In this document: one piece after another, positions 53,786 to 64,000 of the stretch
Layout: every line of letters begins with the position of its first letter
Position numbering within the stretch: position 1 is the first letter of the stretch
Source: an uncultured Nitrososphaerales archaeon
Lineage (GTDB): Archaea > Thermoproteota > Nitrososphaeria > Nitrososphaerales > Nitrososphaeraceae
Assembly (NCBI GenBank): GCA_963713605.1
Contig: CAVQMO010000003.1
Span: forward strand, 352,001-416,000
DNA: 64,000 nt
Direction: 5' to 3'
Program-made: the position numbers and the translations under genes
The notes under the pieces: model-generated
What the model was told of the DNA's origin: nothing
What the model saw: only the letters and a program-made list of their open reading frames with translations
Database searches by the model: none

Positions 53786-54025
53786 ATGACAGCTATCATG
53801 TCTCTCAACCCTGGCACGGCTTTAGGCACCGAAACACTAGATTCCACGAATGGATTCTCTACAGGACAGAGTTGGGGTGCCTTGAGAAAGGCTTGGAAGG
53901 GGTACAGAATTGCAAAGGTTCAGGCAGACAATGCTAGAATGACGGAATATGCCACCAAGATACGAAAGATTCAAGGTGAGCTAGGGATAACCAGATCCAC
54001 GTTTCCTAATCTAGGCATAGCCTAA
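53786..54025 (+). CDS. Small conserved-looking hypothetical protein upstream of grpE
   Basis: GFSTGQSWGALRKAWKGYRIAK...YATKIRKIQGELGI..STFPNLG. Confidence 0.7.
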   Translation: MTAIMSLNPGTALGTETLDSTNGFSTGQSWGALRKAWKGYRIAKVQADNARMTEYATKIRKIQGELGITRSTFPNLGIA

Positions 54026-54162
54026 TCTACTTTTTTAGAATCCGACTACTACATTAGACCACATAATTAGCTCAATAGATTAAACAGTGGAACAACCATA
54101 TTTTTCGTGTTAATCGATATGTAATTATCTAGCTTTTTCTGTAGGTATTCTTCAAGGTAAAA

Positions 54163-54807
54163 TTGAGCGTAGAAAATTGCGAAAAGGACAATGCATCCAG
54201 TAATGAAGGCGAGGAAGAAGATGAGGAAGTTATACAACGACAACCGTCCCCCCCAGAAGATAAAGACCAGGAGTATATTATTCATCTAGAGAATGAACTT
54301 TCGCGAGCCGATGTAGAACGCCAGAAGGCCAAAGAAGAAGCCGATAATAACATGAATAAATTGAGATATTTGATGGCAGATTTTGATAATTATAGAAAAC
54401 GAATGGAAAAACAAATAGAATCTAAGATAAACCAAGGAAAAGCAGAACTTATTTTAAAGTTTGTTTCTATTCATGATGATTTATCTAGGGCAATTGAGAC
54501 TGCGAAACAAGGCAAATCAGATCAGGTTGTGATTGAGGGTCTAGAAGGTATTTTGAGGAACGCTGAGACTTTATTTGACGCAGAAGGTGTTAAGGAAATT
54601 GAAACTATTGGTACTCCCTTTGATCCCAATATTCACGATGCTATTTCATTCAAATACGATGACACTGTTCCAGAAAATACTGTGATCGCGGAAATTAGAA
54701 AAGGTTACATGATATCTGACAAGGTATTAAGGCCAAGTTTGGTAGAAATCTCTAAAAGGATAGTTAAAAATACCGCTATTGATAGTAACAGAACAAAAGG
54801 AGACTAA
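54163..54807 (+). CDS. grpE: Nucleotide exchange factor GrpE
   Basis: ADFDNYRKR, FDPNIHDA, KGY.....LRPSLV. Confidence 0.95.
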   Translation: MSVENCEKDNASSNEGEEEDEEVIQRQPSPPEDKDQEYIIHLENELSRADVERQKAKEEADNNMNKLRYLMADFDNYRKRMEKQIESKINQGKAELILKFVSIHDDLSRAIETAKQGKSDQVVIEGLEGILRNAETLFDAEGVKEIETIGTPFDPNIHDAISFKYDDTVPENTVIAEIRKGYMISDKVLRPSLVEISKRIVKNTAIDSNRTKGD

Positions 54808-54813
54808 GAAGAA

Positions 54814-56727
54814 ATGGGAAAGATTATAGGAATTGATCTTGGAACTAGTAATTCTGCCGCATCGGCTATGATTGGAGGTAAACCATCTATAATACCAGCG
54901 GCTGAGGGAACTTCTATTGCAGGTAAGGCGTTTCCGTCTGTTGTCGCCTTTACTAAGGATGGACAATTGTTAGTGGGAGAACCTGCACGAAGACAAATGA
55001 TTTCCAATCCAGAAGGCACTGTACCTAGCAGGACAAAAAGGAAAATGGGGACTGACTTTCGTTTCAGTGTATTTGGAAAGGAGTATTCCCCACAACAGAT
55101 TTCCGCATTTATTTTGCAAAAAATAAAGAGGGATGCCGAGGCGTTTTTGGGTGAGAGTGTAGACAAAGCGGTTATCACTGTTCCAGCCTACTTTAACGAC
55201 AACCAGAGACAAGCGACCAAAGACGCAGGCGAGATTGCGGGACTCCAAGTGGTTAGGATAATAAATGAACCCACGGCAGACTTCTCTGGCATTTGGGCTT
55301 GATAAGGTTCAAAAAGACCTAAAGATCGTTGTGTTCGATTTAGGTGGAGGAACCCTAGATGTTACTATAATGGAAATGGGAGGTGGAGTTTTTCAAGTGA
55401 AAAGCACTGCAGGGGATACACAATTAGGCGGGACTGACATGGACAATAAATTGGTAGAATACATTTTACAGGAATTTAAGAATCAGTCGGGTTTGGATGT
55501 ACGTAATGATTGTGCAGCTATGATGCGAGTAAGAGAAGCAGCTGAGAAAGCGAAGATAGAGCTATCAAATATGATTAATACTGAAATTAACTTGCCATTC
55601 CTTGCATATGATTCTGCTACCGGTCCAAAAAATCTAGTACTACAATTGACTAGGGCAAAAATGGAAGAATTGCTAAGACCTATCATAGAAAGATGTAGGG
55701 GTCCAACTACGCAAGCATTACAAGATGCAAAGTTGAGTCCTAACGATATTGATAAAATAATACTGATTGGTGGTCCAACTAGGATGCCTATGGTTCGTCA
55801 ATTTGTTGCAACTGTCATGGGAAAAGAACCTGAAAGAGGTGTGGACCCTATGGAAGCAGTTGCTCTGGGTGCTGCCATCCAGGGAGCAGTGATTTCAGGC
55901 GACGTGTCCACCGATATATTATTAGTGGATGTAACACCCTTGACGCTTGGGGTGGAAGTTTTGGGTGGCTTAAAGGAAGCCATAATAGAACGCAATACAA
56001 CAATACCTACCAAAAAGAGTAAAATATTCACTACAGCAGCAGATTATCAAACTGCCGTAACAATACACGTAGTACAAGGAGAACGAGCGATGGCTGCAGA
56101 CGGTGTTTCCCTTGGAATGTTCAATCTTTCTGGGATACCTCCTGCCCCAAGAGGAGTACCGCAGATCGAAGTAACTTTTGATATAGATGCGAATGGAATT
56201 CTGAATGTTTCAGCCAAGGATATGGCAACGTCCAAAGAAGCTAAGATAACTATCACCGCAAATACAAAACTCGGTAAAGATGACATCGAAAGAATGAAAA
56301 AGGACGCTGAGCAGTTTGCTGAGGCCGACAAGAAGAAACGGGAAGAAGCTGAACTTAAGAACGAGGCTGACAATCTTGTCTACGCCGCAGAGAAACTTGT
56401 TAATCAGGATTTAAAAGACAAAATAAAGCCAGAACAGGTAGAAAGGGTTCAGAAAGTTTCCCAAGAATTGAAGGATGCCTTAGCATCAAACAACAGTGAA
56501 ATCGCCAAAGCAAAAATTCAGGAATTAAAGAACGTATTGGGTGAAATAAGTACTGAAGCCTATAGAGCTACCAGCGCAGCAGCTGCCGGCAGCGCCTGGT
56601 GCCGGTGGCAAGTCTGGACAAACAGTAGATGAAGGAGCATCTAGTGCGAATCAAACATCGGAGACTTACGGCGGCGGGGGCGGGGGTACTACGTCTACTC
56701 AACAGCCATCGCCACCCCCTCCGTAAT
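54814..56727 (+). CDS. dnaK: Chaperone DnaK (frameshifts near 55280 and 56590)
   Basis: [33 protein letters not shown] / [31 protein letters not shown]; the tail ends PPPP* at 56727. Confidence 0.95.
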
Positions 56728-56788
56728 TATTGTTCTTTGAATGCTACCGATAGGGTTACTAATACAGATTTGACAGGGTCACAAACAA

Positions 56789-57919
56789 ATGGCTAACAAA
56801 CGAGACTATTATGAAGTACTTGGTGTACCTAAGAATGCAGAGAAAGGAGATATCAAGAGCGCATATAGAAAGCTAGCACTGCAATACCATCCGGATAGAA
56901 ATAAATCTCCGGGAGCAGAGGAACATTTTAAGGAAATTTCTGAAGCATACGCAGTCCTATCTGATGATGACAAACGGAAGCGATATGATACATATGGTCA
57001 TGTGGGAACTGAAGAGGTATTCAAGGGCTCCGAGGCCAACTTTGAAGAGATCTTTAAAGATATGGGTTTTGGAGGATTCAGAGACATTTTCGAACAATTT
57101 TTTGGAACCAGGGGTGGCTTTGGAAGAGGTTCGTCGGATCCGTTCGGATTTGGATTCAACATTGGCGGTGGAAGACAGAAAGGCCGCGATATTCTGTATG
57201 ACATCGATCTCTCGTTAGAAGATGTTTTGAAAGGCAAGAAAGACGAAATAGAACTGCCTAAAATGGATAGGTGTACAAATTGCAACGGAACTGGCGCCGC
57301 ACCAGGCACGAAGCCACGAAAATGCACCGTATGTAATGGTCAGGGACAGACCAGGAGGGTGTATAGTCAGAATCGGTTTTCCACATTTGTATCATTGGAG
57401 CCATGTCGTACGTGTCACGGAGAGGGTGAAATAATTGAGAGGCCGTGTGGGACATGCAATGGATCGGGTAATATCAGAACAACAAAAAAACTACAATTGG
57501 AAATTCCTCGCGGAGTAGAGGATGGGATGACTCTTCAATTGCAGGGCGAGGGAGAACCTTCAGAGAATGGAATGCCCGGTGATCTTCTCATAAGAACTCA
57601 CGTTAGACCACATCAAGAGTTTCAAAGACTCGAAGACGGTCACCTCTTAACCGATCGAAATCTAAGTTTTACCGACCTAGCTTTGGGAACAGAAATAAGA
57701 ATTCCGACACTTGAAGGACAAGAAAAAGTCAAAATCTCTCCAGGAACGCAACCGAATTCAATCATAAAGCTAAAGGGCAAAGGTCTCCCAAGATATGGGG
57801 GTTACGGAAGAGGCGATGAGCTTGTAAGAATAAATGTAAAGGTGCCAACCAAAATAAATGATGCTCAAAAGGCTCTGCTCAAAGAATTGGGTAGAGAATT
57901 AGGAATGACAAGTGATTGA
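56789..57919 (+). CDS. dnaJ: Chaperone DnaJ
   Basis: J domain with HPD, G/F region, four CxxCxGxG. Confidence 0.97.
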   Translation: MANKRDYYEVLGVPKNAEKGDIKSAYRKLALQYHPDRNKSPGAEEHFKEISEAYAVLSDDDKRKRYDTYGHVGTEEVFKGSEANFEEIFKDMGFGGFRDIFEQFFGTRGGFGRGSSDPFGFGFNIGGGRQKGRDILYDIDLSLEDVLKGKKDEIELPKMDRCTNCNGTGAAPGTKPRKCTVCNGQGQTRRVYSQNRFSTFVSLEPCRTCHGEGEIIERPCGTCNGSGNIRTTKKLQLEIPRGVEDGMTLQLQGEGEPSENGMPGDLLIRTHVRPHQEFQRLEDGHLLTDRNLSFTDLALGTEIRIPTLEGQEKVKISPGTQPNSIIKLKGKGLPRYGGYGRGDELVRINVKVPTKINDAQKALLKELGRELGMTSD

Positions 57920-58498
57920 ATATTGCAAAGAATTGACTAAGCATCTATCACAATGTCTCTACTATTCAGGCAGTAAAAGTAGCATCTACTAACATAGATA
58001 GCATTCTTGACCCGGAAGCAGTAGTTGTGCTGGATATTCTTTAGCTCTGGATCTGCCTATTCAAATTCTGGGAAAATTATTGATCCGTTCATCCTAGCAT
58101 AGTTACTACTGCCAATATTGATGAAAATGATACGATTTATTCTGCTGAAGTCGAAAAGGGTAACAATCTTGTATATTCTAACGAGTTTATCTGATGGAAA
58201 CCTCATCAGATCACGGCTTATATATAGACATTTAAGGTAACAAATTGTAGAATGAGAATATTCGAAGACGGCTATTTGTCCCATAAGGAACTAAATATTA
58301 ATATCAACGGACAGTGCCATTCAGCGAGAAAGATGATAATAGGTGTATTAGTGGTAAAACTAGTAATCAGCGAGATGTCTAAAAATCAAGACCATAACAA
58401 ATCCAGTTGTTAGAGTTCGAATACTTGAATGCTATTTGTGATTGACCGCACAATGCAGAATTGAATATGGCCTTAGTGAGTTGGTTTTGGTATAGTTC

Positions 58499-59434
58499 AT
58501 GAAAGTGATTGAAGCTTTAGGATTAACCAAATCCTATAAGGGTTCTAAACACCCCGCTTTGAATGATATTTCGTTGAATATCGACTCAAAACAGATATTT
58601 ACAATGCTGGGCAGAAATGGAGCTGGAAAGACTACCTTTGTAAGAATATGTGCTACTCAACTCATGCCCACATCAGGGAGAATATTCGTCCTGGGTCATG
58701 ACATTGTAAAGTATCCCGAAAGAATACGAAACCAGATTTCTGCAATCCCTCAGGAAGGCAGACCACTGAGAGCGTTAACGCCTTGGGATCATGTGTATAA
58801 TTGGTTAAGAATCAGAGGAGAAAGCAGCGATATTGCCAAAGAAAAAGCTGTGCAAATCCTCAAGAAGCTAGATCTCTATGATGCGAGGAATGTTCCTGCT
58901 ATGAACCTATCAGGCGGTATGAAACAAAAAATTCTCGTTGCAATGGCTTTGGCACCCGACGCCCAATTACTATTCCTAGATGAGCCGACTATTGGCCTAG
59001 ATCCGATCTCCCGTCGACAGGTATGGTCGGCAATCAAGGATTGGAAAGATAAGGACAGAACAATTCTGTTGACGACTCACTATATGGATGAGGCAGAATT
59101 GCTTGCGGACTATATTGTCATAATCGATAAAGGAAAAATTATAGCAACGGGTACGATGAACGAGCTTCGCAAAATCGTGCCGTATGAACTTAGAATTGAT
59201 GTGCCCAAAATCAACTTGGATAAGAGTCTAATGTCGTTAGGCTCTGTCGTAGATTCAGGAGCCAATTTTGTTAGAATCTTTACCTATGAAACCGACGCGG
59301 AAAAGATTTATGACAAAGCCTTAAAGATGAATATTCAATTTACCGTTTCTCCCATAACCCTCGATGATGTTTTCGTATATCTTGTTGGGAACAGAAACAA
59401 TGACAATAGCATCAAGTCAGAGAACGCGATATAG
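58499..59434 (+). CDS. ABC-2 type exporter ATPase
   Basis: GRNGAGKT, LSGGMK, LDEPTIGLDP, LTTHYMDEA. Confidence 0.9.
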   Translation: MKVIEALGLTKSYKGSKHPALNDISLNIDSKQIFTMLGRNGAGKTTFVRICATQLMPTSGRIFVLGHDIVKYPERIRNQISAIPQEGRPLRALTPWDHVYNWLRIRGESSDIAKEKAVQILKKLDLYDARNVPAMNLSGGMKQKILVAMALAPDAQLLFLDEPTIGLDPISRRQVWSAIKDWKDKDRTILLTTHYMDEAELLADYIVIIDKGKIIATGTMNELRKIVPYELRIDVPKINLDKSLMSLGSVVDSGANFVRIFTYETDAEKIYDKALKMNIQFTVSPITLDDVFVYLVGNRNNDNSIKSENAI

Positions 59435-59487
59435 TTCTGATTGCAACTAGAAATTATAATTGCATTCTGGTAGGTATCAATTTACCA

Positions 59488-59967
59488 TCATCTGCAGCAC
59501 CTTCCTAAAGGTATTCGATGGCCATGTGGACACTTCCTTGGATGTTTTAGGAGCGTACACAAGGCATCTGTAAAAATTTGTTTCATATGATGCTCTATTC
59601 CACAGACCATTTCTTCGTCAATTTCTATCTTCAATGAATCTCTCATCAATACTTCCAATAGTCGTGTATTCCGGATCATCTGCTTTCCTATGCGTTCGCC
59701 TTCAGTAGTCAACTTTACCATGTTGCCTTTGCTATATTCTACTAAATTAGCTTCGTCAAGTTTACGAAGCATTTGAACTACGGATGGTTGTTTTACATAT
59801 AGTAACTTTGCGATGGAGCTTACTTTGACCTCTTCGCCTCTTTCGCGAATATACCATATAGCCTTAAGGTACATTTCAACATGTTCAGATTCAGCAGTAC
59901 CGATGTAGAGCTCTTCTTCTCCCAATACTATCTCCTTTTTTGAGCTTCTTGTTGAGAATGTCCTCAA
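59488..59967 (-). CDS. DtxR/MntR-family metal-dependent regulator
   Basis: EMYLKAI, PSVVQML, LTTEG, CGIEH, CPHG..IP. Confidence 0.9.
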   Translation of the reverse strand: MRTFSTRSSKKEIVLGEEELYIGTAESEHVEMYLKAIWYIRERGEEVKVSSIAKLLYVKQPSVVQMLRKLDEANLVEYSKGNMVKLTTEGERIGKQMIRNTRLLEVLMRDSLKIEIDEEMVCGIEHHMKQIFTDALCTLLKHPRKCPHGHRIPLGRCCR

Positions 59968-60231
59968 TGGTTACCTTTTAAAGTTTGTAGACTATTTGTT
60001 ATTAACTTTGTGCATATTTGCGGTCGCGCATTGGATAACATTCTTAGATTGAAAGCCCTAGGGATTGTTTGGATCGATGAAGTAATGTCCCAAACAATTG
60101 GTATGAGAATATAAGAGTATAGTTTCTTCATAAATAGTGATCACTCTTTCTTTAGCCTGTAGCCCATTAAAACGAACTTCTTACCCTAATATGGCATAAT
60201 CTTCTAATAGCACTTCAGGCTATCTAAGTAT

Positions 60232-60600
60232 ATGTCTCAGAAACATATTCTTGTTTCTAAGAAGAGGCATGAACTCAGCTTTGATACTTTATCCCCTAAA
60301 TGGTCGAAACGCTTAAGCCAACCGCTCCCCACACTGTTTTCTCTTAGATGGCTTGGATATTATTCTGAAATTAGAAGTGCGTCGAGATGCGTAGTAGGGG
60401 AAGCACACGGCTTCTCCTCATCTTACCTAAAAACATGCCCAGAGTGTAACAGATTTAGCATAAAATTCATGTATTCATTTCTAGTACATTCCGAATCCAG
60501 ATTGGAGAAAATTAAGTTGATGTTTGTTCATCATTGGATTGAGCAACATGTACCTATTGATCACAATACAATTTTGAGAACTAGTGAGCGATCGAGCTAG
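60232..60600 (+). CDS. Hypothetical protein with Cys/His motif
   Basis: PKWS.RL...CVVGEAHG...CPEC...FVHHW..QH. Confidence 0.6.
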   Translation: MSQKHILVSKKRHELSFDTLSPKWSKRLSQPLPTLFSLRWLGYYSEIRSASRCVVGEAHGFSSSYLKTCPECNRFSIKFMYSFLVHSESRLEKIKLMFVHHWIEQHVPIDHNTILRTSERSS

Positions 60601-60847
60601 AATTAATCTCGCGTCTCGGGGTTGGGTCTTTAGCTTGCCCTGAACGTTAGATTGTTTGCTGGTACAGTGAATTAGATAGCTCTATATTTTTGATTGTTGA
60701 TAGCCTCAGCCGCAGAAAAAAATGATCTGCTAGTGACTGTTAAAGTCAAATTTTTGAATGTCTGGTAATGATTTGCTTTCTCCAAAAAGGAAAAAAAGAT
60801 AGGATTCCACTGCGAATGAATCTGATTTGCAGTAATCTTGCGGATAT

Positions 60848-62542
60848 TTATTCCATATCCATACCGCCCATACCGCCCATACCGCCCATACCGCCCATAC
60901 CGCCCATACCGCCCATACCGCCTCCAGGAGGTCCAGGGGGTGCTTTGGATTTGCTAGAAGCTATAACATCATCGATTCGCAGTATCATGGTTGCAGCTTC
61001 TGTAGCGGATTTGATTATTTGCTCTTTAACAGCAAGAGGTTCCAATATGTTTTGTTTGAACATGTCTGCGACTACCGTGCTCCTAACATTGATTCCTGTC
61101 CATTTGGAACCCTTACTCTGCTTGGCGCGTAATTCTGTCATTGTATCAATCGGATCCATACCGGCATTTTCTGCTAGAGTAAGAGGGATTGTGTCGAGTG
61201 CATCAGCAAACTTTTGAACTGCAAGTTGAGCTCTGCCTTCCAGGCTGCTCGACCATTGTCTTAATTCATTGGCAATATATGCTTCTGGAGCACCTCCGCC
61301 TGCAACTATGGCTGGTTTTTCTAGCACATCTTTAGTAACCATTAACGCATCATGTATTGACCTATCCGCTTCATCAACAACCCGCTGTGAGCCTCCTCGA
61401 ACAAGGATTGTGACCGCCTTTGGGTTTTTACATCCTTCTATGAAGACCCATTTATCGGTCTCGACTTTGCGCTCTTCTACCAGCTGTGCGGCGCCTAGGT
61501 CTTTACTTGAAAGATCTTCAAGATTGTTTATGATTCTTGCTCCTGTGGCTTTACCAAGCTTGAACATATCACTTTCCTTTATTCGTCTGACGGCAAGTAT
61601 GCCTGATTTGGCTAGATAGTGTTGTGCAATGTCATCAATGCCTTTTTGGCATAAAACTATATTCGCGCCTGCGTCTTTTATTTTGTCCACCATACTCATC
61701 AGCATTCTGTTTTCTTCTTCAAGAAACATCTGCATCTGTTGCGGATCACTAATTCTGATCTCGGCACTCATTTCAGTTTTTTCGATCTCCAGTGCAGAGT
61801 TTATCAAAGCAATCTTTGCATTTTCAACCCTCTTCGGCATCCCTGAATGAACTACTTCCTTATCAAGAACGATTCCCTTTACGAGTTGGGTATCTCTTAT
61901 TGCTCCACCTGCCTTCTTTTCGACCTTAATGTTGTCTAGGTCGACTCTTAAACCATCTTTTCCTTCAATCTTTTCTGCTATCTGTCTTACTGCGCTTACT
62001 ACTATTTCACTTAGGGTTGGGCTATCCTCAGAGACCAACTTGGAATCCATACTAGTTCTTGCGATCTTGATAAGTAGCTCTTTGTCTGACGTGTCGACCT
62101 TTACAGCAATTTTCTGTAGCAACTTTAATGCTTGCTCTGAAGCTGCGTTATAGCCATCAACGATTACTGATGGATGAACATCCTTGTTGATCAGGTCCTC
62201 GGCCTTCTCAATCAACGCTCCTGCTAACACTACTGACGAAGTAGTGCCATCTCCCACCTCATTATCTACTGATTTAGAAACCTCTACCATCATTTTTCCA
62301 GCAGGATGCTGTACGTCAATTTCTTTGAGAATTGTAGCCCCGTCATTTGTGATAGTCACGTCTCCAAGAGAATCCACGAGCATCTTGTCCATGCCTCTTG
62401 GGCCGAGGCTGGTTTTGACAATTTCTGCGACCAGCTTTGCTGCTGTAATATTATTTTTCTGAGCTTCCCTGCCTTTACTTTCTTTTGTTCCTTCCCTTAA
62501 AATTATCACTGGCATTCCACCAGCTGTAGTTTGAATTGACAT
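60848..62542 (-). CDS. ths: Thermosome (group II chaperonin) subunit
   Basis: [34 protein letters not shown] tail. Confidence 0.97.
   Translation of the reverse strand: MSIQTTAGGMPVIILREGTKESKGREAQKNNITAAKLVAEIVKTSLGPRGMDKMLVDSLGDVTITNDGATILKEIDVQHPAGKMMVEVSKSVDNEVGDGTTSSVVLAGALIEKAEDLINKDVHPSVIVDGYNAASEQALKLLQKIAVKVDTSDKELLIKIARTSMDSKLVSEDSPTLSEIVVSAVRQIAEKIEGKDGLRVDLDNIKVEKKAGGAIRDTQLVKGIVLDKEVVHSGMPKRVENAKIALINSALEIEKTEMSAEIRISDPQQMQMFLEEENRMLMSMVDKIKDAGANIVLCQKGIDDIAQHYLAKSGILAVRRIKESDMFKLGKATGARIINNLEDLSSKDLGAAQLVEERKVETDKWVFIEGCKNPKAVTILVRGGSQRVVDEADRSIHDALMVTKDVLEKPAIVAGGGAPEAYIANELRQWSSSLEGRAQLAVQKFADALDTIPLTLAENAGMDPIDTMTELRAKQSKGSKWTGINVRSTVVADMFKQNILEPLAVKEQIIKSATEAATMILRIDDVIASSKSKAPPGPPGGGMGGMGGMGGMGGMGGMGGMDME
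60859..60921 (-). repeat. 9-bp tandem repeat x7 encoding the (GGM)n tail
   Basis: CCATACCGC x7, all identical. Confidence 0.9.
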
Positions 62543-62877
62543 TTACTCTATTCACCTAGTAGAACACTACTGCTTTGTAAAGCTACTTATTTAGTTTTAC
62601 TTCTCTATAATTACACCATATCATCAGGATTTAGCGTGCATGTTTTAATAGGTATTCCAAAAAAGATGAATCAAATCAAAGGCATTACTCGCTAGCTCTT
62701 AATGAAACAGTATATGTCTTTGTTTAAGTTTTCATTTTAAATATTAACTACACGTTTTTTTCAGTTAAATAGATGAAATGCGACACATGCCCTGCCTAAG
62801 TAGTTTCTTAACGACAATCCTCGATTATTGATACCAAAACATTCAAGTCTTTCATATTCGCTAATGATTTCTTTCCA

Positions 62878-63292
62878 TTATTTCAGGCCCAATTTCTTTT
62901 GCTTTTCAACAAATTTTTTTCTGAATCTAGGGACTTCAATTAATGATCTTTCGTGTGTGCCTTCGCCAATTCTTTCTAGGCTATCCGAGGCCACTACTTC
63001 AAATAGCACTCTCCTCCCCTCGAAAGAGACGATTTTGGCCTTCACGGTGATCTCTGCACCAACTGGAGTAGCGAGCCAAGTGTTTAATGTTGACTAATGT
63101 GCCTACCGAATCCCACATGCTGTCTACTATACATTCTTCCTTGACGAGTAGTCTACAGGTCTCTTCCATTTCAGATATCATGGAAGGAGTAGATAATACG
63201 TTCTCTCCATCCCATAAGAAACTTGTTGTTTGATTGGTGGCGACTTTCAGACGCCGTTCTTTATCAACTCCGATCTTGGCTAGGTAACTCAA
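62878..63292 (-). CDS. FlK-type hot-dog thioesterase (frameshift near 63072)
   Basis: VLSTPSMISEMEE..SVGT.VNIKHLA/ATPVGAEI...FEVVASD...IGEGTHER. Confidence 0.8.
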
Positions 63293-63584
63293 GGAAAATT
63301 ATAAGAACCGACAACTATTTTATTAGCGTTATCATTTCAGTAGGAACTGAAACGTTGGTAGAACTGTGTGAAATCTTATCAATTGAAAAGAACGACGGAA
63401 TTATTGTTGCGGATAAATAATTTGCACCAAACGGACTTTTTTACTTACTACAATTATTGTTAATGATTTAGTGGATCAACGTTCTTTTAATTATTTGATG
63501 AAAAATATGTAATAATTGGATCAATACATTGAGGATACACTGTACCGAGTGAACATAAAAATAAAAATATGAGCTCGAGGTCGT

Positions 63585-63716
63585 TTATGAAGGACGTCGT
63601 GCGCCTGAGATTACTGCAAATGCAAGTCCTACTGCAAGACCAAATGCTAGCGGAACCCATACCCCAAAGCTTTCCATACCAAAGACGATTACTTGTTTTA
63701 GCACTGCTTCGAACAT
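63585..63716 (-). CDS. 43-aa membrane micropeptide
   Basis: MFEAVLKQVIVFGMESFGVWVPLAFGLAVGLAFAVISGARRPS*. Confidence 0.45.
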   Translation of the reverse strand: MFEAVLKQVIVFGMESFGVWVPLAFGLAVGLAFAVISGARRPS

Positions 63717-63900
63717 CACCTATTGGAATACAAGACTTAGTATATTAGATTTACTCAGAAAACCCTTTACAAACCGATTACGCTGCGTCATTACAGACGG
63801 TGAATTGTCACCTTATTTATCAGGATTTATCTGACCCGGTATGGTAAGAAGGGAAGTGAAGTACGCTGTCCTTAAATTACCCTTTTATATCTGAAGATAT

Positions 63901-64000
63901 ATGAAGATGCAGAAGGAGTTTCGGAAATTCTGCCCGAAATGTAAAACTCATACTACACAATCTATTTCTATATATAAGAAAGGTAAAGATAGGAAGATGG
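63901..64000 (+). CDS. rpl44e: 50S ribosomal protein L44e (partial, runs off the window)
   Basis: MKMQKEFRKFCPKCKTHTTQSISIYKKGKDRK. Confidence 0.85.
   Translation, partial: MKMQKEFRKFCPKCKTHTTQSISIYKKGKDRKM

Noticed and set aside
57920..58300. Possible degraded gene downstream of dnaJ
   Set aside because: Short protein-like stretches in several frames but no coherent or recognisable product.
60859..60921. (GGM)7 repeat as a novel element
   Set aside because: GGM tails are standard in chaperonins.
60768..62500. Plus-strand ORFs including the IPP-repeat protein
   Set aside because: Antisense shadows of the thermosome gene; the same applies to most short track ORFs opposite dnaK, eif2g, znuB, the CBS gene and the transporter.

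Overview
Archaeal chromosomal window, most likely from a soil ammonia-oxidising thaumarchaeon (Nitrososphaeraceae). This rests on eIF2-gamma/beta, rpS6e, rpL44e, a group II thermosome, grpE-dnaK-dnaJ, a Zn-ferredoxin, intron-containing tRNAs and lineage-typical orphan families. About 1-33 kb is a low-density accessory region with gene remnants, secreted proteins, an integrase fragment and several microproteins missed by the ORF track. About 33-64 kb is mostly core genes plus a NikR-like/ZnuABC metal-uptake locus. Single-base frameshifts hit even dnaK, so many broken genes are probably long-read indel errors rather than true pseudogenes. Best leads: (1) an overlapping pair of atypical thymidylate-kinase-like genes, a candidate PPK-independent polyphosphate kinase; (2) a 4xCBS + HPF/RaiA-fold ribosome hibernation factor; (3) a 34-aa 'signal peptide + ATYN' ORF, a candidate secreted signalling peptide; (4) a divergent LeuCD-like hydratase with an Fe-S ligand Cys replaced by Ser; (5) Cys/His-rich microproteins with their own TATA boxes; (6) a hidden paralogue of the small gene upstream of grpE; (7) a twice-occurring covarying intergenic hairpin; (8) two tRNAs that each carry two introns. 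All family assignments come from motif recognition by eye; no database search was run.
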